Translations under genes and position numbers: made by a program
Source: Paraspadella gotoi
Lineage: Eukaryota; Animalia; Chaetognatha
DNA length: 64,000 nucleotides
NCBI GenBank assembly: GCA_051294375.1
Contig: CM119268.1
Coordinates: 12,342,493 to 12,406,492, forward strand
Direction: 5' to 3'
In this document: one piece after another, positions 54,881-64,000 of the stretch
How the letters are laid out: each line of letters opens with the position of its first letter
Numbering within the stretch: position 1 is the first letter of the stretch
The notes under the pieces: generated by a model
Databases searched by the model: none
Told to the model about the DNA's origin: nothing
The model's input: the letters and a program-made list of their open reading frames with translations, nothing else

Positions 54881-55082
54881 ATCATTTTATTTTATTTTTT
54901 CCAAGCTGGTGATTCCTTCTCTTTTTTTTTCCTCGTCGTCGATTTTCTTCTTTTTTTTTCTCCTTTTATTCTTCCAAATTTTTTTTTCCTCTCTTTTCTT
55001 TTATTCCCATCGAAAGTGTCATCTTTGCATTCTTTAAACTGGAGTTCGACTCTCGAGGGAATCCGACTCATCCAAGCTTTAG

Positions 55083-55302
55083 GCTCGCGGGGGAAAAATG
55101 GGGAGACGGGCAGAGCGACGACGATGGCGACGACGACGACCACAATGATGACGAGAACGACCACAACGATGATGGGAGAGAAGACGAGGACGACGACGAC
55201 GACGCAATCGAGGGGACGACGACCTTATCTTTTATGATGACGACGACGACGACAACAACGACGAGGAAGACGACGTCGCCGCCCTCGAAACTCTGATTAC
55301 TG
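55083..55302 (+). CDS. Candidate Asp-rich exon (LAGEKWGDGQSDDDGDDDDHNDDENDHNDDGREDEDDDDDAIE/DDLIFYDDDDDDNNDEEDDVAALETLIT), one frameshift near 55212
   Basis: tttag| acceptor, G|gtaat donor, and mixed GAC/GAT/GAG/GAA/AAC/AAT codons. It could instead be decayed (GAC)n microsatellite. Confidence 0.22.
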
Positions 55303-55853
55303 GTAATCCTTGACCCGATAACCCGCTGACTGTCGTCGTCGACGAGGTTTCTGGATTTCGACGAGAGCGACAAATGTAGACGAGAAATGACAAAGTCGAT
55401 GACAAAGCAATGACGATGACAGAACTTATGAAAACCGATGACACCGATGACAAAATTGATGACAAAGACGACGACGACGACGCCACAAACTTGTTTTTCC
55501 CCCCGAGGAGATGAAATGTTTTGTCAACTTTTTCTCGCGACAGTGAAAAAAAAAACTGTTTTCCCCATAATTCCACCATTTTTCTGTTGGCGGCAAAACA
55601 AACGCCTCATTCGCCATCGAAGGCAACTTTTTCAACGACTTCGAATTATATAATAAACGTTTTTTTTCTTACCCGCTCCCCTTACCCTCTATTGGCACAT
55701 CCTTACCCTTACCCTTATCCTTTTCGTCCTCCACACCTCCTTACAGACTTACCCCCTGGACACGTGGACACGTGGCCTCATTTTCATCAAGATCAAACCC
55801 CTTCTATCCCACCTTTTTTAATCCTTTCCTTCACCCTATCCTCCTTCTATCCC

Positions 55854-56551
55854 NNNNNNNNNNNNNNNNNNNNNNNNNNNNNNNNNNNNNNNNNNNNNNN
55901 NNNNNNNNNNNNNNNNNNNNNNNNNNNNNNNNNNNNNNNNNNNNNNNNNNNNNNNNNNNNNNNNNNNNNNNNNNNNNNNNNNNNNNNNNNNNNNNNNNNN
56001 NNNNNNNNNNNNNNNNNNNNNNNNNNNNNNNNNNNNNNNNNNNNNNNNNNNNNNNNNNNNNNNNNNNNNNNNNNNNNNNNNNNNNNNNNNNNNNNNNNNN
56101 NNNNNNNNNNNNNNNNNNNNNNNNNNNNNNNNNNNNNNNNNNNNNNNNNNNNNNNNNNNNNNNNNNNNNNNNNNNNNNNNNNNNNNNNNNNNNNNNNNNN
56201 NNNNNNNNNNNNNNNNNNNNNNNNNNNNNNNNNNNNNNNNNNNNNNNNNNNNNNNNNNNNNNNNNNNNNNNNNNNNNNNNNNNNNNNNNNNNNNNNNNNN
56301 NNNNNNNNNNNNNNNNNNNNNNNNNNNNNNNNNNNNNNNNNNNNNNNNNNNNNNNNNNNNNNNNNNNNNNNNNNNNNNNNNNNNNNNNNNNNNNNNNNNN
56401 NNNNNNNNNNNNNNNNNNNNNNNNNNNNNNNNNNNNNNNNNNNNNNNNNNNNNNNNNNNNNNNNNNNNNNNNNNNNNNNNNNNNNNNNNNNNNNNNNNNN
56501 NNNNNNNNNNNNNNNNNNNNNNNNNNNNNNNNNNNNNNNNNNNNNNNNNNN
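55854..56551. other. Assembly gap (698 N)
   Basis: N run. Confidence 0.99.
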
Positions 56552-56812
56552 GAACCCAGAACGGCGAAAGGGGATAAGAGAGTGAGAGAGAGAAATGGGG
56601 AGGAGAGAGAGAGAGAGAGTGCATCTTTTTTATGAGGCGCATGAAACGAGATAATTTTTTTTTTTTCATCCCAACGTTTCCGATTTTTTGTCGCTCGATT
56701 TTGAGCGAAATCTTTGCGTCAAACAAACTATGGTTTCTCTTGCCCCCTCGCCCCCCCCAAATTTGATTTTTTTTTTTAATTTCTCGAATCCACATTCATC
56801 CTGGGGGATGGA

Positions 56813-56846
<34 letters not shown>

Positions 56847-57231
56847 AGGAGGAAAGAGGAGAGAGAGAGAGAGGAAGAGAGAGAGAGAGAGAGAGAGCAT
56901 GGTTAACAACGAATGTGACTGCCGTGCAGACGAAGTACAAAGAAGAAGAAACTCTGTTCGATTCTCTATTGTCGTTGAATAAACATTTTCATCATTAGGT
57001 TTTATTGGAATCGAGGCTGGAAAAAGATAAAGAAAGAAATCGAAATTGAAAAAAAAAAGTAGGAAAGAAAATAAACAAGTTTTATCGAGTGGAAATAATC
57101 GGGGAAACAAAGGGAGCCGATGACGAAGTTAAGGAAGAAAAACAAAGTCACAGTGACGATGACGAAAATCTACTCAAAAAAATGACATGCTATAGTTTAA
57201 AGTAATATTAAAGGAATATTCATTTTGATAG

Positions 57232-57387
57232 AAAATCAATGAAGACAACAGAGATACCAGCAACGAAAAGCACGAGATCCGCGATGACAACTCAAGAGAG
57301 GAGGACAAGGAAGAAGACAATGACAATGACAATGACAATGACAACTCAAGAGAGGAGGACAAGGAAGAAGACAATGAGAAGCATTGA
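57232..57387 (+). CDS. Candidate acidic terminal exon (KINEDNRDTSNEKHEIRDDNSREEDKEEDNDNDNDNDNSREEDKEEDNEKH*)
   Basis: ttttgatag| acceptor, open frame to TGA, and an in-frame 40-bp direct repeat at 54-bp spacing. Confidence 0.2.
   Translation, partial: KINEDNRDTSNEKHEIRDDNSREEDKEEDNDNDNDNDNSREEDKEEDNEKH
57284..57377. repeat. Direct repeat ATGACAACTCAAGAGAGGAGGACAAGGAAGAAGACAATGA x2 separated by (GACAAT)n
   Basis: Direct reading. Confidence 0.9.
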
Positions 57388-57524
57388 CACGCCAAACCGA
57401 TTTCGACGACAACGACGACAACGACGACTACTACGAGCCTCAACAATGAGCATCTGTGTTTTCCCAACGACAAAAGAAACGTTGATAAAGATGAGAATAA
57501 CCATTTCTTTGCGTCTTTCCCCTA

Positions 57525-57558
<34 letters not shown>

Positions 57559-58608
57559 ATTTAAGCTTATCCACACTGTCTCCGTCTCTCTCTTTCCCTC
57601 GTTACCGCGCTCCCTCTCTCTCTCTCGCTCACATAAGAATGGAGCCAAACTCATTTTCCCCCTCGTGAAGTCGTTTTAGTTGGTGACGGTTTCTCACTTA
57701 AGTGCGGGACATTCGTCGTCGTCGTCGTTGTCGTCGTCGTTGTCGTCATCGTCGTCGTTGTCGCACGGGACGCTTTCTTCTCCCACGGTTCCAATTACTA
57801 CGGAATTTTGTTTGTATGTAAACTTAACAACGTTATTTTTTGTAACGTAGAAAATCATAATAATAATAAAGAAAAAAAGAGAAAACAAAATTTATTAGCA
57901 CTGATTTAGCTTAGTTAGTTATTTTTTTTCCGCTGACAATGAATTTCGCGTTGTACGCCTTTGGATTCCGTTGTTGTTGTTGTTGTCTTGTTGGCGTCAT
58001 GCGAGTCTGTCACTTCGTGCCCCTGGGAACAAATCTACCTCATCAGTCTCTCTCTCTCTCTCTCTCTCTCCTTCGTCTCTTCTCTTCGTCTCTCTCTCTC
58101 TCCTCTCCGCTCTCCGCTCTTTGAGTGGAGACGCGGGATAAAACAACCTTTGTCCGCTAATTATCGCTTCGGAATGATGCCCTTCTTCTCCTCTCCCTCC
58201 CCCTCTCTCTCTCTCTCTCTCTCTTTCCCCTTTTTTTTCAGTTTCGCCCTCTGTGTTGGTGCCTCCCTCTTTCTCAGCTCGAGATTGAGTCTTCTGCGCC
58301 AATTATCGCATCGCAGACTCGACGCAACGGATCTTCGTCTCCCTCATAGATTTTTATTGGGGATTGAACCGTTTTGTCTCAGCATCGCCAGAGCCTCGCC
58401 TGAGAAACGAGCGTCAATCAAGGGTGGCTTTAGCCTAGCGTTCGCTTAAGGTTCGGGGCTTTATTCTGGCGTTCACTTGAGGCACGGTGCTTTTGACAAG
58501 CGTTCCCATTAGGCTTGGTGCTTTTGTCTAGCGCTCGCTCAAGGCTTGGGTGCTTGGTGTTTTTTGTTATGCGTGGGCGTTTGTCCTTTGTCAGACATCC
58601 TTTGAAAG

Positions 58609-59027
58609 GCATCAGTCTCACTACCTTCTTTGTCAGTCTTCGGCCTTTATAACCCCCTTTGAATAGCATCAGTCTGAGTGCCTCCTTTGTCAGTCTTTGG
58701 CCTTTATCGCCCCTTAAGCAAGGCATCAGTCATCAGTGGTAGGCCTTTATTGCTCTCTTTGCAATGCATCAGTCTATCTCCTTTGTCAGTCTTAGGGCTT
58801 TATTGCTCCCTTTGCAATGCATCAGTCTATCTCCTTTGTCAGTCTTAGGGCTTTATTGCTCTCTTTGCAATGCATCAGTCTATCTCCTTTGTCAGTCTTA
58901 GGGCTTTATTGCTCTCTTTGCAATGCATCAGTCTATCTCCTTTGTCAGTCTTAGGGCTTTATTGCTCTCTTTGCAATGCATCAGTCTATCTCCTTTGTCA
59001 GTCTTAGGGCTTTATTGCTCTCTTTGC
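58609..59027. repeat. Minisatellite: five near-identical 53-bp units (58766-59027) preceded by three diverged units
   Basis: Unit GCATCAGTCTATCTCCTTTGTCAGTCTTAGGGCTTTATTGCTCTCTTTGCAAT starts at 58766, 58819, 58872, 58925 and 58978. Diverged units start at 58609, 58666 and 58723. Confidence 0.97.
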
Positions 59028-59317
59028 CCGTCGTTGTCGATTCAGCGCGAATTCAAGTTTCGTCTCATCTCCTTTTTTCCCCTCAGCCTCAATGAGTCTC
59101 CTTCGCCGCTTCGACGTCATCAGCAAATAAAGCAGCACAATGGCGTCTCCCAGCCAATGAACAAGTTTTCGCTATTGTCACGAATTAATCGTTAAAATTG
59201 ATTGTTATGTTGTTTTAGTTAGTATATTTTCATCTTGCGAGTAAGATTCGCTTCCTTTACGCCAACGTTCGCAAAAGACAAACGAAACTAAAGAGTTAAA
59301 GTCTTTTCCCCTATTCG

Positions 59318-59433
<116 letters not shown>

Positions 59434-60261
59434 CCTCCCTCCCTCCCTTTCTCACTCAGACACGCTTGTACGTGCGCTAACACGCACACAAACAAACGTA
59501 CGCATGCATAAACATTTCCCCCTCCTTTCGCCCGAGTCGTTGCACACGCTGACTTTCACTCTCTCACCGGCTGATGCTAATTTGTTTACTAGGACCCAAA
59601 TCATATGCGTAACTGCGCGGGAGGAGCAAAGATCTAACGCCACTCGCAAAAACGACCGCGACGACTACGAGGACTACGACGACAGAAAAGACGACAACGC
59701 GGTGGTGATGACGACGACCACGACGACGACGTTAAAAGAAATGACGCGCCTTCGTTCGATGGCAACCGGTTGATTCGCTCCCTAAACGTCATTTACATAT
59801 TACGCCATTGCTTGAATATTTCAAGTATTAAGTATTAGCTATTTGGTGTTACGTATTTTAAGTTTCACCTCCGCAGATTGCGCCATTTTAAAACACTAGT
59901 ACGATCGATTAGTTCTTAAGGGGACTGTGTCTTTTTTAATTGGTTCTCATTAAGTAATTAATACTAATTATATATATTTTTTTTCACATCCTAGCCTTAA
60001 CCTTGGTCTGCTCTTTGAAAAACCGTTTTAAAAAAATATTATCTCATTATTCAGCTGAGATTAATTTATTGAGTCACTGTCACCCTCAATGTCTTTTTAA
60101 TAAAGAAAAAAGAAGTCAAAAAAAAAAAGATATAGATAAAAATATTTTTGGTAAAAATAAGTTTATCGTAGATAGGATTGACCTGAAAAGTTCTAAGCTT
60201 TGTATGTAGTTGAATCGCTGTTACTCAAAACTGAACAAGGCTAAGACTGCGCGTTAAATAG

Positions 60262-60405
60262 CTTTGCCACAAGAAGGAGAACCACCGCTGAGACGATTGG
60301 CGACTGAGAACGACGCTTCTTTTGCAATGACCATCTGGTTTAAAGGTCAAAGTGTTGTTCCCCGTCAAAAAGACAACGTGGAATGGAGCGGTTTAACATT
60401 TCAAA
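60262..60405 (+). CDS. Candidate phase 1-1 coding exon (LPQEGEPPLRRLATENDASFAMTIWFKGQSVVPRQKDNVEWSGLTFQ), loosely like the C-terminal half of a CUB domain
   Basis: aatag| acceptor, A|gtatgt donor, 144 nt, open frame and complex amino-acid composition. It splices in frame to 62504. Confidence 0.5.
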
Positions 60406-61168
60406 GTATGTTTCAAGTGTTTAAAAGGACTATTCCCTTAAGTACGTATTATATTGGGGAATACTAAATTGTAGTCCGCACTAGCATCAATATACAACTT
60501 GTATTACAAGGAGCTGATTGTTATAAAATTGGTTAACCAAACATAAAAAATATCCATTAATTTAATATAATGATGGATCATTATCATTATTTTTTAGCTT
60601 TGAGTTTTTTGGGACATAATCTTGACCGTACGGCTTTGATAGTCAGGCGGAAACATTAGTTTATTAATGGAAAAAAATGTCTAGTAGGTCTATAAAAGCA
60701 AAGTAGGTGTTTTAATAAAATAAAGTGAAAAACAAAATGATATAAAGATTAATCATAAAGCAATTTCCAAAAATTATATAAGGAGAACACGCGAAGTGAA
60801 AGATAAAAATCATGAAAATCAAGAAAAAAATAATCTGTGCAAAATTATGAAAATTGTAGAAAATAATTTTTCTATAATGAAATTCAATTGTATTTTTCTC
60901 TTTTAGAGTCACAAAACCAAGAAAATTGAAGTCAGGAAAAAAAATGGAAAAAGACTGAAACTCTCTGCAACAAAGACAAGCGAGGAGGAAACGAGCAAAT
61001 GGTTGAAAATAAAAAAGGACAAATGGTTAGAGAGGAAAAAAAAAACAGAAGAACAAATGGTTAAAGCCAAAAAAAGGGACAGAGAAGAGCAGGGTTGACG
61101 GAGGAGGTCGAAAAGTCAAAAACGTTAAACGTCCAAAACGTCAAAGCAAGGAAAAGCGGAAAGAGCAA

Positions 61169-61169
<1 letters not shown>

Positions 61170-61260
<91 letters not shown>
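61170..61260. repeat. Compound (AG)n(ACAG)n microsatellite
   Basis: Direct reading. Confidence 0.95.
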
Positions 61261-61261
<1 letters not shown>

Positions 61262-62503
61262 AGGACAAACAGAGAATAACGCTTTTTCTACACTTTTTAA
61301 TATTTACAAGGTCCTAAATTTAGTTCCATTTATTACACTTTTTAATAGTTAACCACATTTCGATCACTTCACATTACCCGAAAATATCTTTCTTTTTTTT
61401 TTTTACATTTTATGATTTTTCACACCAAATCTCGTCCTTCATCGAAAGATGATGGATTGTGTTTCCCTCATTGGGGGAAGGGGGCGCGAGAGAGGCGGAA
61501 ATTCGCCGCGGTGGTGTAACGGGGCTTGAAAAGGCAAGCAGTTGCTTGCCAAGGGTTGAAAAATGCTTGGAGTTTAAGTAAAAGGAACGAAATATTAGTA
61601 AAGGTTAAAGGGGTTAACTGTGCGAAAGAGTTTGAAGATGGTTGGTAAACATTTTGCAATCATGGATTGGGGCGAGAGAATGAAATTTCTTCGTTAAATC
61701 GATTTTCTTTGAATAACATCAAATCCAAATATTATAAAACTTTATACATGTACAGATTCAAATGGAGTTCCTTTAAATTTTGAAAGACGTCAACAAAATT
61801 TCAAAACAAAGAAGAAAAAAATTGAATCATGTCACGCGATAGAACTAGTCGGTCAACTAAGGCGTTGAAAATATAAGCCGAGAAGGTCGAGCGTTCTCGG
61901 CGCTCGGTTTAGTAGCGCTCCACGGAAAGCGGGTAAGGCTCAGCTCGCTGCGGTTTTCTGAGGCTTAAGTTTTAAAGTCGAGTTCAGAGTTTCCGATTGT
62001 CGATTACGAAGGTTCCGACGAGAGTGGGTGGGGGTTTTCCCCGGGAGCATGGTGGTTTTTTCCCCCCGAATGGATGGGAGTGCTCAGCGTAGTGCAGCAC
62101 CGACGGGGGATGGAACGAATCTTTCGCTTATGAAAAGATTGATGACTGCAGCCGAGGATTAAGACGCTCGGGAAGATGGAACACTTTTTTTTTCTCTCTT
62201 TAAAAAGTAGATCAAATACGATGTTGTCTCATTTTGGAGGGAATTCTGCTCTCAATGCGTGAAATTCGCTTTTTTTTTTTAAATTCATTCACCCGATAAT
62301 GGTAATCTTTAAGTTTTAGTATTTGTCTTTAACCGCTGCGCCGAAAAAAAATTTTTTTTCTCTAACCCACGAATATAAAATGCAAATTGAATATAAAACT
62401 TATCGACACTTCATGCTCTTCTTTTTTTTAAGGATGGAGTCGGGGGGCGCATTGGAATTTTTCCTTTTTTTTCAGGCCTGGTTCATTGATTTTTTTTTTT
62501 CAG

Positions 62504-62794
62504 TTTTCATGAATAAAAACATGAGAGACTTCTTCTCTGTTAAGCCGAGTCGCGGTGGTGTCATATCTCCAACCACAGAAATCGATGTTACATTGTTACA
62601 TGTTACATCCGCTAGACAAGCTGGAATGATAGCAGGAATCATATCATCGACGAGATATTTCTCCTGCATCTATGGTGGAGAGTTTAATGCTAGGAGAGCT
62701 GCAGTCGCGAATCCTATATCAGTTGATTATATAAAAATATCTCGTTGTTTAAAAGCCAACAATCATAAGAATTTGAATTTTCAAGTTTTTCCAC
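62504..62794 (+). CDS. Candidate phase 1-1 coding exon, IPT/TIG (Ig-like) domain-like (FMNKNMRDFFSVKPSRGGVISPTTEIDVTLLHV..RYFSCIYGGEF..IKISRC..LNFQVFP)
   Basis: Strong T11-cag| acceptor, 291-nt open frame and possible donor C|gtgaat (otherwise it runs to TAA at 62808). The S-V-x-P-x-x-G..T-x-I-x-V and C-x-Y/F-G spacing resembles IPT domains. Confidence 0.5.
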
Positions 62795-62865
62795 GTGAAT
62801 TTAATTAACGAAGTTCGAAGTTGTGTCTTTTTTATACAATAGTATTCATTAAATAAAAATCGGAA

Positions 62866-62942
<77 letters not shown>
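62866..62942. repeat. (GAC)n microsatellite, about 25 units
   Basis: Direct reading. Confidence 0.98.
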
Positions 62943-63798
62943 TGGAGGACGAAATTCAGACGAAATTCTGTTTCCCGGCGTAAAAATCTCGTCACATCTC
63001 ATTTGAGTTGAAAATCCTTTTTCTTCGTCTTCGTCTCGATTCGACCTTCGAATCATTTTCCTCCTCCCTTCCTCCCCCTCTCCACCCTCTCTCCTCCTTC
63101 CCTCCCGCCCTCCTTTCCTCTCTCCCTCTTTCCTCCCTCCCCTTCTGCTGCCTTCAGCACTTTTTCTATCTCGTAAGTTTTGCACGAATGCTTTTTTTTT
63201 TCTCTCTCTCTCTCTCTTTTTTTTTGTCATTTTTGGTCGGTTATTGTACCGACGTAATAATATTTCCCGCGAAAGCTACGAGACTCGATTTTTTTTCTTC
63301 CGTCATTCCATGGTCCGTGGAGGGCGCCGGGACTTCTGGGCGGAAGCGATTCGTTGTTGTCGTCGTTCTTCATGAGACCAAAAAAAAAAAAGATAACGCG
63401 GACCGGAATCTAACTCGGCCCTGCGATTTTTTTTTTCTTCAGAGAACGGGAAGTTTCCAAAGCCTAGAGAAAAGCGGCCGTCGTCGTCGTCACGTTGACT
63501 TCTTTTCATGTCGTCGTCTTTATAATCGTCGTCGTCGCTTCGTGTGTTTGGCTCAATGGGCGTGACTCGTGAATCTCTCCAAACTTGATTAAGATCAGGA
63601 TTTTTGGTCGAAGAAAAAATGTCGCGACGATTTCTCGAAGTTTGGAGGGAGAGAGAAAAGGAGAAGGAGGGGAGGGGAAGAGGGAGGGGGGATAAGGGGG
63701 AGTACCTTAATACGGAGAGAACGTGACGAATTAAAGGAAATAGGTTTAATTAAGAGTTAGGGGAAGAAACAGGCCAGAAAGAAAAAAATTAAGAAGAA

Positions 63799-63952
<154 letters not shown>

Positions 63953-64000
63953 ACTAAGTCTGAAACAAGCATAAAAGGAAAAAAAAGCAACAAAACGAGC

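Noticed and set aside
48584-54885. Retroelement or viral fragment suggested by higher complexity and 100-150 aa ORFs
   Set aside because: No RT, integrase or capsid motifs are present, and the region contains degraded anchors from the neighbouring repeat unit.
55521-56795. The longest ORFs in the track (287-354 aa)
   Set aside because: They consist mostly of X from the 698-N gap. The same applies to ORFs over 5530-5715 and 17588-17891.
58766-59027. CRISPR-like array
   Set aside because: The units are head-to-tail with no unique spacers, there are no cas-like ORFs, and the context is eukaryotic.
61533-61550. Perfect inverted repeat GGCAAGCA-GT-TGCTTGCC as a terminator or operator
   Set aside because: It is a single short stem without a U-tract, in eukaryotic intron-like DNA, and is expected by chance in 64 kb.

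Overview
This is eukaryotic draft-assembly sequence, not prokaryotic. It is AT-rich, dense in (AG/CT)n, (GAC)n and poly-A/T tracts, shows no obvious CpG depletion, and has short GT-AG-bounded exon-like islands. It is probably an invertebrate, but the taxon cannot be fixed from the sequence. There are no long clean ORFs, and most of the ORF track is microsatellite or N read-through. About 53 of the 64 kb are re-readings of one ~16 kb locus: copy A 1671-~17455 (+), copy B 18015-32125 (+), copy C ~32284-47004 (-), fragment D 47030-48370 (+), then very noisy fragments of alternating orientation to ~54900. The copies differ mostly by 1-bp indels and several are joined by exactly 25 N, so long-read gap-filling artefact is the most likely explanation. 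Copy C also carries a ~380-bp insertion related to an element at 315-455 and lacks one 21-bp repeat unit, which suggests a second haplotype. Within the unit there is a CpG-rich candidate bidirectional promoter around a GCGCATGCGC palindrome, several weak exon candidates, a ~70-bp degenerate repeat array and CTAAGG clusters. The unique 3' end (~55-64 kb) holds Asp-rich coding-like stretches, a polarised 53-bp minisatellite and two phase-compatible exons that may encode CUB-like and IPT/TIG-like modules. I found no convincing novel biological system, and no recognisable rRNA, tRNA, CRISPR array or transposase.
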